Assembly (NCBI GenBank): GCA_963695875.1
Contig: CAVOID010000016.1
Coordinates: 1 to 60,866, forward strand
DNA length: 60,866 nt
Direction: 5' to 3'
DNA from: an uncultured delta proteobacterium
Lineage (GTDB): Bacteria; Desulfobacterota; Syntrophia; Syntrophales; UBA2185
Shown: in pieces, positions 36,609 through 47,761 of the stretch
Numbering within the stretch: the first letter of the stretch is position 1
Layout of the letters: every line of letters begins with the position of its first letter
Notes under the pieces: model-generated
Database searches by the model: none
The model's input: only the letters and a program-made list of their open reading frames with translations
What the model was told of the DNA's origin: nothing
Translations under genes and position numbers: made by a program

Positions 36609-37377
36609 TCAGATGTCAATGACCTCACCGTCTTGAAGGATATGAATACTTCTGTCCTTTATCATAGCTATCTCACTTTGAATAGAATCACGGTACTGGA
36701 GCTTCATGTGATAAAGATAAATATTGAGGATTGTGGGTATTCAATTTCTTCAACTCTTCTTCCAGACCTGAAGGTGTCAGATGACCCGTCATATCCGCAA
36801 CATCTTTCATACTGTTAGGAAGGGATGTTTCAATGAATATAGCCTTTAGATTACTAATATTGTTCGCAACAGTCCATACTTCTTCAGTGGGGCCGGTGTC
36901 TCCTACAATGAGAATGGATCCTTCTTTAGATTCTACGGCATAACTGACTGTCTCAATGACATGATGAACGAGAACAGCTGTCACATCGATATTATCGAGT
37001 TTAATCTTTTCACCAGGCTTGATCGTCTTAAATTTTAAGACCGGATTTTCAGGATTTGGAAGCAGCGAAAAATCCGGCCAAACGATATTATTAAAAAGAT
37101 ATGTCCTTAGGGTATCAATAATATTAGGGTAGCAATCACAATGAGAGGATGGTCTTTATGCAGATAGCAAATATTATCCGCAAGAAACATGATATCCCTT
37201 ACATGATCGAGATGTGCGTGGGTTATAAGGACATAATCTATCTCCAGCTTGTTCTTCAATAGTTAGTAACGATGTGATAGTTCCGGCATCGATCAGAATA
37301 TTCCTGTTCAATAAAAAACTCGTTGTATTGCATCCGGGCGTCTGCGATCCATGGCAACCCAATACTCTGATTTGCAT
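36609..37377 (-). CDS. MBL-fold 3',5'-cyclic-nucleotide phosphodiesterase-like protein (frameshifted)
   Basis: IRVLGCHGS, ILIDAGT, ITHAHLDHV (manual), FNNIVWPDF, GDTGPT, GHLTP and HMK motifs. Confidence 0.8.
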
Positions 37378-37619
37378 CCTTTTGTATCCTCTCTGTGAAG
37401 TCCATACTCAAAAGATGGAAGGTCGCGGTCAAGGGATACCGTATTTATTGACTGTCGCAGGCCCATCATAAGTCGCTCAGGGGGCAGGTTATAGCTTGTT
37501 TTATATATCGTTCAGAAACGGGCTGAAACGTTAGCACAGCTTTCCCTCTCGGGCAATAACTTTATCGCCGGTGGCCACTTCACTAAAAGTCCATCTCCCG
37601 GCCTTCTACAGCCGATGGA

Positions 37620-37881
37620 CTATTCCGGCACAACCTTAAATACTTCATCACCCGGACGAACACGATCGGAAACCTTGATACCAATAAAGTCTCCTGCCAC
37701 AGCTTTCTCAATCTTTTGATTGTTCGACCTCCATGGATTCAAGCATGTTTGTTATATTCGTAGTATGACCGGTAATCTTAATTGTATCCCCTATCTTCAC
37801 TTCGCCATCTGTCATTTTTATCGCCGCAACACACGGTTTTGCAAAAAATTTTACCACTTCGCCTATTTTTTCTTCTGCCAT
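37620..37881 (-). CDS. Small translation-elongation-factor-like protein (EF-Tu domain II / U32 C-terminal-like beta barrel; one frameshift; not in the ORF track)
   Basis: AGGAGG RBS; MAEEKIGEVVKFFAKPCVAAIKMTDGEVKIGDTIKITGHTT...SME...IEKAVAGDFIGIKVSDRVRPGDEVFKVVPE*. Confidence 0.8.
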
Positions 37882-38020
37882 AAGAATCCTCCTTACCTCG
37901 TTGCTTATAAATGTTGAGAAAGAATAACAATCCCACCGGCAGAAAACGCATATAAGATATGATTATTCGGAAAACACCGCAATCCGTGTATGAAGTATAT
38001 TTTTTCTGATGAAAAAACAA

Positions 38021-38061
38021 GAAAAAAAGAAAAGCAGGGTAAGAAAGAATCCCTGCTTTTC
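38021..38061 (-). terminator. Rho-independent terminator of the alpha operon
   Basis: GAAAAGCAGGG-11nt-CCCTGCTTTTC perfect 11-bp inverted repeat followed by a T-tract on the minus strand. Confidence 0.8.
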
Positions 38062-38141
38062 AAGACATCAAATCCATTGATCGAGGGGCATGATGAGACG
38101 TACCCGTAATTTAAGACTTTGAAGGGTTACTATTGTCAATG

Positions 38142-38540
38142 CTACTTTTGTGAGACAACTTTTCTTTTTGTGGGGGCGTCTCTGCTTCCCGGAATGAATT
38201 CAATTATCGACATGGGGGCATTATCACCTATGCGATTACCCATCTTTACGATTCTTGTATAACCACCTGCCCAATCGCGATAGCGTGTCGAAAGCTCATC
38301 AAAAAGCTTCCCCACGACTTCTCTGTCCCTTACATAAGAAAGTGCTTGTCTCCGCGCATGAAGATCGCCTCTCTTGCCCAGGGTAATCATTTTTTCCGCA
38401 ACTTTTCTCAATTCTTTGGCCTTGGAATCAGTCGTAGTAATCTTCTCATATTTCAACAGGGAAGTGACCATGTTTCTCAACATAGCCTCTCTGTGACTTG
38501 CAGTTCTGCCCAGCTTTCTTCCTGACTTTCCGTGACGCAT
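38142..38540 (-). CDS. rplQ: 50S ribosomal protein L17
   Basis: [17 protein letters not shown] and GGYTRIVK motifs. Confidence 0.98.
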   Translation of the reverse strand: MRHGKSGRKLGRTASHREAMLRNMVTSLLKYEKITTTDSKAKELRKVAEKMITLGKRGDLHARRQALSYVRDREVVGKLFDELSTRYRDWAGGYTRIVKMGNRIGDNAPMSIIEFIPGSRDAPTKRKVVSQK

Positions 38541-38547
38541 CTAAATA

Positions 38548-39614
38548 TTATCTCCCTTCTCCAGCCAAACAATATGTCCTTCGTTCCAATTTTTTACGCT
38601 GCACTGTACTCTCATTTTCTTTCTTCTCTTCTTTATTCCAGGGAGGAAAATCTAACTTCATACCAAAACTGAGCCCCATTTCTGCAAGAATTTCTTTTAT
38701 TTCGTTCAGAGACTTTCTGCCAAAATTTTTAGTCTTGAGCATTTCCGCCTCTGTTTTTTGAACAAGCTCTCCAATCAAGTTAATGCCGGCATTTTTTAAG
38801 CAGTTTGCCGATCTTACGGAAAGTTCCAGATCATCAACATGTCTCAACAGGTTTTCATTAACACTTTCCTTCTTCTTCTACTACTTCATGCTGCTCTTCC
38901 TCATCAACCTCATCAAAGTTGATAAATATATCTAATTGTCCCTTCAGATATCTTCGCCGCATAAGCAAGGGCATCTTCCGGGAGAACACTGCCATCTGTC
39001 CATACTTCGATGACGAGGCGGTCATAATCGGCAACTTGCCCTACCCTCGCATGGGTAACGGTATAATTGACTTTTTTAATTGGTGAAAAAGCTGCATCAA
39101 TATTGATCGTCCCTTCAGGTTGATCCGCAGCTCTTTCACTTCGTGCAGGCACATATCCCTTACCTGTCTTTACCACAAGTTCCGCTTTAAATTTATCACC
39201 TCCGGAGAGAGTCGCAATATGGTGATCAGGATTGAGAATCTCAACCGTTCCATCGGTAATAATGTCTGCCGCAGTTACAATCCCCTCCCGTGAGGCATCA
39301 ATATGAACGACTCTCGGCCCATCCTGATTGCAGCTTAAAACGAACACCTTTTAGGTTCAGTATAATATCGGTTACATCTTCTTTAACACCCGGAATTGTC
39401 GAATATTCATGGAGGACACCATCAATTTTCACAGAGACAATAGCAGCTCCCTGAATAGATGACAAGCAAGTACCCTTCTGAGAGCATTTCCGAGGGTAAT
39501 ACCAAATCCCCTCTCTAAAGGCTGACAGGTAAATTCGCCATAAAAGCGCGTATGGGTACTTTCATCAATTTCAATTCGCTTCGGTCGTATTAAACTGCGC
39601 CAGCTCTTTTGCAT
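38548..39614 (-). CDS. rpoA: RNA polymerase subunit alpha (frameshifted)
   Basis: [43 protein letters not shown] and [11 protein letters not shown] motifs. Confidence 0.97.
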
Positions 39615-39662
39615 ATTTTATATTCCTTACCCTTCGGGTATTTATTTAGTACATCAATAGTG

Positions 39663-40292
39663 TTACTTAGAATAAAGCTCAACGACTAACTGTTCCTGAA
39701 CGGGCATAACTAATTCTTCGCGGGAGGGAAGGGATTTTACCACACCTTTAAAATTATCCTTTGTCCAGTTCCAACCATTGCGGTATGCCACGCCTGGCAA
39801 CTATTTCCATTGCCTCCACGTATCCGTTCCACCTTCCTGCTCTTCTCTCTTACCTGGATTTCACTACCCACATTAACCAGATAGGATGGTATGTTTACCG
39901 GTTTCCCATTTACTAAAAAATGATTATGCCTTACCAACTGTCTCGCCTCAGTCCTCGAATTGGCAAAACCCATTCTGAAGACCATATTATCAAGACGTCT
40001 TTCCAAAAAAAGCAACAGGTTTGTACCTGTTATTCCTTTTTGTCTGTCGGCCTTTTCAAAATAACCCCTGAATTGCCTTTCCAGACAGGCCATACATCCT
40101 TTTAAGTTTCTGTTTTTCCCTCAACTGAACACCGTAATCGGAGTATTTCTTACGCATCTGACCATGATCACCCGGAGCATAACCCCTTCTTTCAAAGGCA
40201 CATTTTTCACCATAACACCTGTCCCCTTTGAGGAATAGTTTTAAGCCTTCTCTTCGGCACAACCTGCACACGGATTCTTTATATCTCGCCAA
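39663..40292 (-). CDS. rpsD: 30S ribosomal protein S4 (frameshifted)
   Basis: [28 protein letters not shown] and C-terminal [10 protein letters not shown] motifs. Confidence 0.97.
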
Positions 40293-40312
40293 AAAAAACC
40301 TCCCATAATCAA

Positions 40313-40421
40313 AAATGCTAAATTCTTTTATCTCAAATCCTAAACAAATTCCAGATTAAAAAAACACATTCGGTCATTTCTGATATGTGTTTAGATTTAG
40401 TGGATTTCGTGCTCAGCATTT
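40313..40421. repeat. Imperfect palindrome built of about 7-bp AAATCCN-type units (copy 1)
   Basis: AAATGCT...AGCATTT outer arms and AAATCCTAAACA / TGTTTAGATTT inner arms; related to 49106-49311. Confidence 0.55.
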
Positions 40422-40427
40422 CCCTTG

Positions 40428-40820
40428 TTATACTCTTCTTCTCTTCGGAGGACGGCATCCATTATGGGGAATCGGAGTAACATCCCTGATTAAGACTGAT
40501 GCTGAGCCCGGCTACCTGTAGAGATCTTAACGCCGATTCCCGGCCTGAACCGGGCCCCTTCACATACACTTGAACTCGCCTCATTCCCTGTTCCTTCGCC
40601 TTTTTGACTGCATCCTCGGCTGCCACTTGCGCCGCAAACGGGGTACTTTTTCTCGAACCTTTAAACCCCTGTGTCCCGGAAGAAGACCAAGCGACGACAT
40701 TGCCGCTCAGATCCGTAATGGTAATAATGGTATTATTAAAGGTAGATTGTATATGTACAATCCCTTCAGGTATATTCTTTTTTTCCTTTTTTTTCCTGTT
40801 TTTCTTGCCTGTTTTGCCAT
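40428..40820 (-). CDS. rpsK: 30S ribosomal protein S11 (frameshifted)
   Basis: [31 protein letters not shown] and [10 protein letters not shown] motifs. Confidence 0.97.
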
Positions 40821-40843
40821 CTCTCCTCCGGATCAGTACGCTC

Positions 40844-41213
40844 TTATTTCTTCTTGCCGGCAATTGACCGTCTCGGTCCCTTTCCTCGTCCGCGCGTTTG
40901 TACTCGTTCTCTGACCTCTGACAGGAAGTCCTTTCCTGTGTCTCAATCCACGATAAGCTCCAAGATCCATCAGTCGCTTCACTGGCCATAGACACATCGC
41001 GTCTTAAATCACCTTCAACCTTAAGTTCCTTATCGATAATATTTCTTATGGAGGTTATTTCCGAATCAGCAATATTATCCGTTTTCTTATCAAAATTGAC
41101 ACCGCCTTTTCTAGAATATCCCGCGCTTTACTTCTTCCTATTCCATATATGTACGTTAACGCGATTTCCATTCTCTTGTTTTTCGGTAGATCAACTCCCG
41201 CAATTCTTGCCAC
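40844..41213 (-). CDS. rpsM: 30S ribosomal protein S13 (frameshifted; not in the ORF track)
   Basis: Manual translation [24 protein letters not shown]...VEGDLRR...[26 protein letters not shown]. Confidence 0.96.
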
Positions 41214-41251
41214 CTTATAACCTCCTGCTTACAAAACACTATCGCTCTTAT

Positions 41252-41365
41252 TTATCCCTGTCGTTGCTTATGCTTTGGATTCTCACAAATAACCCTCAAC
41301 ACACCACGCCTTTTTATAATTTTACATTTATCACAAATCTTTTTAACAGAAGACCGTACTTTCAC
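41252..41365 (-). CDS. rpmJ: 50S ribosomal protein L36 (not in the ORF track)
   Basis: GTG start; [37 protein letters not shown]. Confidence 0.98.
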   Translation of the reverse strand: MKVRSSVKKICDKCKIIKRRGVLRVICENPKHKQRQG

Positions 41366-41469
41366 GATAATCACTCCTTAAAAGATACGCTAGCAAATCA
41401 CCACGGACCAAACTAACTATCAAAGCATTATGTTGGGGGTATCTCCCAATTTACGCTATTTCTTATGGT

Positions 41470-41688
41470 TTATTTTGTTCTGTATATAATCCTACCCCTA
41501 GTCAAATCGTAGGGAGAAAGTTCAACTGTGACCTTATCGCCTGGCAATATCTTGATAAAATGCATGCGCATCTTCCCTGAAATATGGGCGAGCACCCGGT
41601 GTCCATTTTCCAGCTCAACTCGGAACATTGCATTGGGTAAAGTTTCAACAACTTTTCCTTCAACCTCGATTGGTTCCTCTTTTGCCAT
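41470..41688 (-). CDS. infA: Translation initiation factor IF-1
   Basis: [23 protein letters not shown] and [10 protein letters not shown] motifs. Confidence 0.98.
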   Translation of the reverse strand: MAKEEPIEVEGKVVETLPNAMFRVELENGHRVLAHISGKMRMHFIKILPGDKVTVELSPYDLTRGRIIYRTK

Positions 41689-41753
41689 AAATAACCTGTC
41701 TCAATCGACTTACTAATGATCTTAGCAATTAGTCCGTAGCCTGGTCTGTATGT

Positions 41754-42518
41754 TTATCTACTTTGCCTTTCATTTAACATGCTAAGAATATCCGGGCCGT
41801 CTTTGGTAATCGCAACAGAATGTTCAAAGTGAGCCGATAATTTTCCATCTTCCGTCACAACCGTCCAGCCATTATCAGTCACTTTGACCTTGTAAGTGCC
41901 TTCATTAACCATTGGCTCAATAGCCAAAACCATACCGGCCTTCAATTCTATCCCTCTCCCCCTTGTCCCGTAATTTGGTATTTGCGGTTCCTCGTGAAGA
42001 TTTTTTCCAATCCCATGGCCCACAAAATCTCTCACGACGGAAAATCCAGCAGACTCAACACAATTCTGAACAGCTGCCGATATGTCTCCAAGGCGATTCC
42101 CGGCTTTCGCCTCCCTTATACCATTATAAAGCCCCTGTTCAGTAACTCGAATCAACCTTGCCGCCTCTTCAGAAACGTCACCAACAGGAACCGTTATAGC
42201 AGCATCACCGTAGTATCCATTATAATATGCTCCGAAATCGAGGCTTACAATATCTCCCTCAACTAAAATCCTGTTTGAAGGCAATCCATGAACGACTTCT
42301 GAATTAACCGATATGCAGAGAGAATAAGGATAACCCATGTATCCCTTAAATGCCGGTTGCGCCCCCTTCTTTCGCACAAGTTCTTCTGAATAGCTGTCCA
42401 GTTCACCAGTGGTTATGCCAGGCTTAACCTTTTCCTTCAGTATTCTTAATATCTCAGCGACAATATGATTGCTCGCTCTCATTTTTTCGATTTCTTCTGG
42501 CAGCTTCAGGATAATCAT
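41754..42518 (-). CDS. map: Methionine aminopeptidase type I
   Basis: CISVN.EVVHGLP, GHGIG..LHEEP, LAIEPMVN and SAHFEHSVAIT motifs. Confidence 0.97.
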   Translation of the reverse strand: MIILKLPEEIEKMRASNHIVAEILRILKEKVKPGITTGELDSYSEELVRKKGAQPAFKGYMGYPYSLCISVNSEVVHGLPSNRILVEGDIVSLDFGAYYNGYYGDAAITVPVGDVSEEAARLIRVTEQGLYNGIREAKAGNRLGDISAAVQNCVESAGFSVVRDFVGHGIGKNLHEEPQIPNYGTRGRGIELKAGMVLAIEPMVNEGTYKVKVTDNGWTVVTEDGKLSAHFEHSVAITKDGPDILSMLNERQSR

Positions 42519-42537
42519 ACTACTAAATATAGTATTA

Positions 42538-43846
42538 TTAACGCCTTTTTGCAATGCGACCCTTCTTCATGAAGCCCTCATATTGTCTCGTCAACAAATG
42601 GGTTTCTATCTGACCTGCCGTGTCAAGGGCCACACCAACCACGATCAAAAGTGCTGTCCCGCCGAAATAAAAAGGTACATTAAACTTAGCTTATCAGTAT
42701 ACTGGGAAGGACACAAACAGCCGATACATATATCGCACCGCTAAAGGTCAATTTTGACAAGACGTCATCAATATACTCCGCCGTTTTTTTACCAGGCCTT
42801 ATCCCCGGGACATAGCCACCGTATTTTTTCATGTTATCGGAAACGTCAGCAGGATTAAAGACTACAGCAGTATAAAAATAACAGAAGAATACAATAAATA
42901 CGACATAGAGCGATTCATAGACCATCTTCCCCTGGCTCAAGGCGTCCGAAACTGCCTTCATCCACGGATGGTCAATGAAGTTAGCGATTGTCGCCGGAAA
43001 CATTATGATGGAGGAGGCGAATATCGGAGGAATAACCCCTGCTGTATTGACCTTCAAGGGTAGATGGGTGGTCTGTCCTCCGTACATCTTTCGTCCGACA
43101 ACCCTCTTGGCATATTGTACTGGTATTCTCCTTTGACCACTTTCAACAAATACGATGACCCCTGTAACAGCAACCATCAATACAATAAGAATCACGATGA
43201 AGAAAATACCCATTTCACCCGCCGAAAGCAAACTGAATGTTTGGTAGATAGCCGCAGGTCCTCTGCACACAATACCTGCAAAAATAATGAGCGATATCCC
43301 GTTGCCAATACCCTTTTCAGTAATCTGCTCCCCCAGCCACATGATGAATGCCGTACCTGCAGTCAATGTTATCACCGTCATCAGACGAAAACTCCAGCCA
43401 GGCTCCATCACAATAGAAACCCCTGTGGGTCCGGCCATATGTTCCAGTCCAACGGAAATACCGAAACCCTGAATGAGACTTAGAATTACTGTCCCGTACC
43501 GGGTGTACTGAGTGATCTTTCGCCTTCCTGCTTCGCCTTCCTTGGAAAGTCTTTCCAGATGGGGAATAGCAATAGTCAATAGCTGAAGGATAATAGATGC
43601 GCTGATATAGGGCATGATGCCGAGAGCAAAGACCGACACGTTAGAAAAAGCGCCACCGGCGAACATATCAAAAAAACCCAGCAAAGAACCTTTTGCCTGT
43701 TCGATAAAACCAGCTAAGGCCGCCCTATCGATGCCGGGTGTGGGAACATGTGCACCTATCCTGTAAACTGTCAAAAGGAGAAACGAGTAAAGAATCCTCT
43801 TCTGAAGCTCTGGAATCTTCCCGATATTTTTTAAGCCATCTAACAA
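42538..43846 (-). CDS. secY: Preprotein translocase subunit SecY (C-terminal frameshift)
   Basis: [42 protein letters not shown] and PGIRPG motifs; manual C-terminus [12 protein letters not shown]. Confidence 0.97.
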
Positions 43847-43847
43847 A

Positions 43848-44291
43848 TCAGACCACCACTGTGATTGAGCCGCCGGCTGCTTCAATTTTCTCCCGGGCTC
43901 CGCGGCTGATCATGTCAATCTTTAATGATATAGGATATTCTATATTTCCTTTGCCCAAAACCTTGATACCATCCACTTTCCCCTTCACCAGACCCGCTCT
44001 TACAAGAACCTCTTTATCAATAACTGAACCCTTGGAAAATTTATTCAACTGCTCTATATTGATGGTAACAATCTCCTTGCGAAAAGGATTGCGAAATCCT
44101 CTTTTCGGCAATCTTCTCGAAAGGGGCATCTGTCCTCCTTCAAATCCGGGCCGTACTCCTCCGCCTGAACGTGCATTCTGACCTTTATGTCCCTTGCAGG
44201 ATGTGCCGCCATGCCCAGATCCGTCACCGCGGCCTACCCTTTTTCTTTTTTTCCTTGAACCATCCGGCGGTTTTAATGAACCCAAATTCAT
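43848..44291 (-). CDS. rplO: 50S ribosomal protein L15
   Basis: RVGRG.GSG.G and [17 protein letters not shown] motifs. Confidence 0.98.
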   Translation of the reverse strand: MNLGSLKPPDGSRKKRKRVGRGDGSGHGGTSCKGHKGQNARSGGGVRPGFEGGQMPLSRRLPKRGFRNPFRKEIVTINIEQLNKFSKGSVIDKEVLVRAGLVKGKVDGIKVLGKGNIEYPISLKIDMISRGAREKIEAAGGSITVVV

Positions 44292-44485
44292 ACCTTGTCC
44301 CCTTTAAGCTCTTCCATAAACACCAGATGACTGACCTTATTAACCATACCCCGAATCTCAGGTGTATCTTTTAGCATAACCGTCTTGTTCAATTTCCCCA
44401 GTCCCATCCCGCGTAGTATTTCCCGCTGTTTCTGTGGTCTACCTATATAACTTTTAATCAGCGTTATCTTAAGCTTTTTTTCCAC
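44288..44485 (-). CDS. rpmD: 50S ribosomal protein L30
   Basis: [10 protein letters not shown] and [14 protein letters not shown] motifs. Confidence 0.96.
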   Translation of the reverse strand: MEKKLKITLIKSYIGRPQKQREILRGMGLGKLNKTVMLKDTPEIRGMVNKVSHLVFMEELKGDKV

Positions 44486-44512
44486 TACTAACCTCTCTGT
44501 AAGGCAAATGCC

Positions 44513-44580
44513 AATTTTGACGAGTTCAGAGAAAGTCCGCTATTCACTTATGTTTTCGCCGTTTAGGAAATCATCAATTT
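44513..44580. repeat. Degenerate short inverted-repeat element
   Basis: TTGACGAGTTC (44517-27) / GAAATCATCAA (44567-77) pair at 9 of 11 positions; abuts the rpsE stop codon. Confidence 0.4.
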
Positions 44581-45055
44581 TCAGAGCCACTCTTTCCCTC
44601 TGAGTGATGAAATTTCTACCGGGTCTTTCAATTGACTCAGACCATCAATGGTAGCCTTTACCAGATTGTGCGGATTATGCGAACCTAAACATTTCGTCAA
44701 TATGTTATGGACTCCAGCAACTTCAAGTACCGCTCTGACAGCTCCCCCTGCTATGAGACCAGTTCCCTCAGAAGCGGGCTTCAGGAGAACTCTGTCCAGC
44801 CCCATATTTTCCAATAACCTCGTAGGGAACCGTTCTATTAGAAATGGCAACCTTAACCATGCTCTTCTTGGCTTTTTCCATGCCCTTTCTGATTGCCTCC
44901 GGCACCTCATGGGCCTTTCCCAGACCGGCGCCCACAGATCCCTTTCCATCGCCTACAACGACTACAGCACTGAACCTGAATCTCCGCCCGCCTTTGACCA
45001 CTTTAGCAGTTCTGTTAATCGTTATCACCCTGTCAAGAAGTTCTAATTCTTCCAT
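44581..45055 (-). CDS. rpsE: 30S ribosomal protein S5 (frameshifted)
   Basis: [18 protein letters not shown] and PASEGTG.IAGG.VRAVLE motifs. Confidence 0.97.
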
Positions 45056-45104
45056 ACTTTCTATATCACCATTTCTTGCGCGTTATAATTTTTACAGATT
45101 TTGA

Positions 45105-45200
45105 CAATTCGTTCAGACAGCGCGAATCAAAGCTCCTTTGGTTACCATGCCACCGCAATGTAGCATCAGCACCAGCTGAATCCAATTTTAAAGTTCCCAT
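45105..45200. repeat. Internally deleted copy of the 50371-50537 element
   Basis: Shares the exact blocks AGCGCGAATCAAAG, TACCATGCCA and GAATCCAATTTT, in the same order and orientation. Confidence 0.75.
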
Positions 45201-45203
45201 GAT

Positions 45204-45569
45204 TTAAAACTTTAGCCCCGACTCTCTGGCCGCATCAGCAAGTGCCTCAACACGCCCGTGGTAAAGGTATCTTCCCCTGTCAAAGACAACATGATCGATT
45301 CCTATGGCCTTCAATCTTTTTGAAACGAGCTTGCCCACTTCCTTTGCCGCATCAACCTTCTTCAATTCCTCAAAGGTCCCCTTTATTTCCTTACTCAGAG
45401 TTGAGGCTTCAGCCAGTGTCCTTCCAACATCATCTGCAATAGCCTGAACATATATATGCTGGGCACTTCTGAATACAGAAAGACGCGGCCTAGTTTCCGT
45501 ACCGAATATTTTTCCTCTCACCCTCTTTTTTCGTTTAATCCTTATCTTTTCTATCTTCTTCGATGCCAA
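45204..45569 (-). CDS. rplR: 50S ribosomal protein L18
   Basis: [13 protein letters not shown] and VFDRG.YLYHGRV motifs; TTG start. Confidence 0.97.
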   Translation of the reverse strand: MASKKIEKIRIKRKKRVRGKIFGTETRPRLSVFRSAQHIYVQAIADDVGRTLAEASTLSKEIKGTFEELKKVDAAKEVGKLVSKRLKAIGIDHVVFDRGRYLYHGRVEALADAARESGLKF

Positions 45570-45641
45570 TGCTTTACCCCTTATATGTTCAGTACCACGC
45601 AATTAACCAATGATATCAAACCACTTAGTACCAACACTTAA

Positions 45642-46181
45642 TTAGGCTCCAACGGACTTGCCAACTTTCCTTCTTACCTTCTCACCAACGTAACGTATCC
45701 CTTTTCCTTTATAGGGTTCGGGTTTTTTCAAATCTCTTATTTCGGCGGCAACCCTTCCCACGAGCTGTTTATCAATGCCGGCAACGACAATATTCACCTG
45801 TTTATCAATCTTTACATCTATTCCTTTAGGAATCTTATATTCTACGGGACTGGAAAATCCCAGAACCAACTTGAGAATATCACCACTTCTTTCCGCACGG
45901 TATCCAATGCCGGACAGTTCAAGACCCTTCTGAAAGCCATTACTAACACCCATCACCATATTTGCCATCAGTGTCCTGACGAGACCGTGATACGATTTCT
46001 CTTTTCTGCTCTCAGCAAGTGTTTTCACCTCTATGGCCCCGTCATTAACAGTAACCTCGATACCATGGGGTATTTCCATAGACAGGATTCCCTTGGGACC
46101 CTCTACCTTGATGGTCAATTTATCCTGACTGATTTTTACCCCTTTAGGGATTGTAACGGGTTTTTTACCGATTCTTGACAT
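45642..46181 (-). CDS. rplF: 50S ribosomal protein L6
   Basis: MSRIGKKP and PEPYKGKGIRY motifs. Confidence 0.98.
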   Translation of the reverse strand: MSRIGKKPVTIPKGVKISQDKLTIKVEGPKGILSMEIPHGIEVTVNDGAIEVKTLAESRKEKSYHGLVRTLMANMVMGVSNGFQKGLELSGIGYRAERSGDILKLVLGFSSPVEYKIPKGIDVKIDKQVNIVVAGIDKQLVGRVAAEIRDLKKPEPYKGKGIRYVGEKVRRKVGKSVGA

Positions 46182-46225
46182 TTAATAAATCTCCAGAGAC
46201 TAACTAACCACATTTAATAAAATTC

Positions 46226-46627
46226 CTACCACACATTACAGAGGATCTCGCCACCTACTTTAGCATCACTCGCTTCTTTATCTGTCAAAACCCCTCTAGA
46301 CGTGGAAAGAATAGCGATGCCATATCCATTTAATACCTTGGGAATCTTTTCACTCCTCACATAGACCCTTCTTCCCGGTTTACTGATCCTTTGAATACCA
46401 GTAAGTACTGATTTTTTCGTGTCAGCATATTTCAGGTATACCCTCAATACCTGATATCCTCGAGCATCTTTCTTTATATCATACCCGCTTATATAGCCGG
46501 ATTTTTTCAAGACTTTTGCAATATTGAGATTTATGCGGGAAAGTAGTATATCTACATGTTTAAATCGTACCTTGTTGGCGTTACGGATTCTTGTCAACAT
46601 ATCAGCGATAGGATCTGTCATCCCCAT
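46226..46627 (-). CDS. rpsH: 30S ribosomal protein S8
   Basis: [22 protein letters not shown] and GGEILC.VW motifs. Confidence 0.98.
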   Translation of the reverse strand: MGMTDPIADMLTRIRNANKVRFKHVDILLSRINLNIAKVLKKSGYISGYDIKKDARGYQVLRVYLKYADTKKSVLTGIQRISKPGRRVYVRSEKIPKVLNGYGIAILSTSRGVLTDKEASDAKVGGEILCNVW

Positions 46628-46646
46628 ATATTACTCCTTACACAAG

Positions 46647-46832
46647 TTACCAACTTGACTTAATAAGTCCGGGAATTTCACCCCTCATAGCAAGATTTCT
46701 CAAGCATATCCTGCACATATCAAATTTTCTGAAGTAAGCTCTCGGCCTCCCGCACAGAGGGCAACGGTTATACGTTCTCACCGAAAATTTTGGTGTCCTT
46801 TTCGCTTTTGCAATCAGGGATTTTTTTGCCAC
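46647..46832 (-). CDS. rpsN: 30S ribosomal protein S14 type Z (Zn-binding, 61 aa)
   Basis: [10 protein letters not shown]...CRICLR and GEIPG..KSSW motifs. Confidence 0.98.
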   Translation of the reverse strand: MAKKSLIAKAKRTPKFSVRTYNRCPLCGRPRAYFRKFDMCRICLRNLAMRGEIPGLIKSSW

Positions 46833-46866
46833 ACTTATTCCTCCAGATGTTTTTCCTTTTCATGCA

Positions 46867-47406
46867 TCAGTTTCTAAACGGTAGTCCCATGAGCCTCAAG
46901 AGTTGCCTTGCTTCTTCATCCGTTCTCGCCGATGTCGTGATCACAACATTCATCCCTCTAATTTTATCAATCTTGTCATACTCTATCTCAGGGAAGATGA
47001 TCTGTTCCTTCAATCCCAGAGCGAAATTACCCCTCCCGTCAAAAGATTTAGGCGATATTCCTCTGAAATCACGAACCCTTGGAAGTGCAACATTAACAAG
47101 CCTGTCAAAAAACTCGTACATCCTATCTCCCCGCAAAGTAACCCGACATCCTATAGACATACCCTGACGAAGTTTAAATGTGGCAATTGACTTCCTTGCT
47201 TTTGTTATCACAGGTTTTTGCCCGACAATCAGTGAGAGATCTGCAACTGCACTGTCAAGAGCTTTAATATTCTGAATCGCCTCACCAACGCCCATGTTTA
47301 CCACTATTTTCTCTAGCTTCGGTACCTGCATACGGTTTTTATAATTAAACTCTTTAATTAAAGCAGGTACTACTTCTTTTGTATAATGATCTTTCAGCCT
47401 AGCCAT
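46867..47406 (-). CDS. rplE: 50S ribosomal protein L5
   Basis: [20 protein letters not shown] and FDGRGN motifs. Confidence 0.98.
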   Translation of the reverse strand: MARLKDHYTKEVVPALIKEFNYKNRMQVPKLEKIVVNMGVGEAIQNIKALDSAVADLSLIVGQKPVITKARKSIATFKLRQGMSIGCRVTLRGDRMYEFFDRLVNVALPRVRDFRGISPKSFDGRGNFALGLKEQIIFPEIEYDKIDKIRGMNVVITTSARTDEEARQLLRLMGLPFRN

Positions 47407-47417
47407 TTTTCCTTGAC

Positions 47418-47738
47418 CTATGTGTCCAATGTCTCGTTGCATTTCTTGCAAACTCGCGTTTTTCCCGCATCTTCCAGGATCTTGAATCCCACCCTGACAC
47501 CCGTATCACACTTGTTACAGAGGTACATCACATTGGAGATGTTGATCGGCCCTTCTTTCTCGACGATGCCACCCTTCCCCTTCGCATCCGGTTTCTTATG
47601 CCTCTTAATGATGTTCAGCTTCTCCACAATCACCTGGTCTTTATCGTTCACTATCTTCAGAACCTTGCCGGTTTTTCCCTTCTCTTTGCCGGCTATCACT
47701 TTCACCATATCGCCTTTTTTCAATCGCTTGACCTGCAT
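47418..47738 (-). CDS. rplX: 50S ribosomal protein L24
   Basis: KKGD.V.VIAGK.KGK.GKV KOW motif and GGIVEKE.PI..SNV. Confidence 0.98.
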   Translation of the reverse strand: MQVKRLKKGDMVKVIAGKEKGKTGKVLKIVNDKDQVIVEKLNIIKRHKKPDAKGKGGIVEKEGPINISNVMYLCNKCDTGVRVGFKILEDAGKTRVCKKCNETLDT

Positions 47739-47761
47739 TTCTTATACCCCGTTCCAACCCT

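Noticed and set aside
38108..38139. Promoter for a small RNA between rplQ and its terminator
   Set aside because: TTGACA is present on the minus strand, but the nearest plausible -10 (TAAATT) is 20 bp away.
38548..38640. Novel C-terminal extension of RpoA
   Set aside because: It is a low-complexity tail containing A-runs in an indel-rich region, so the true stop may be earlier.
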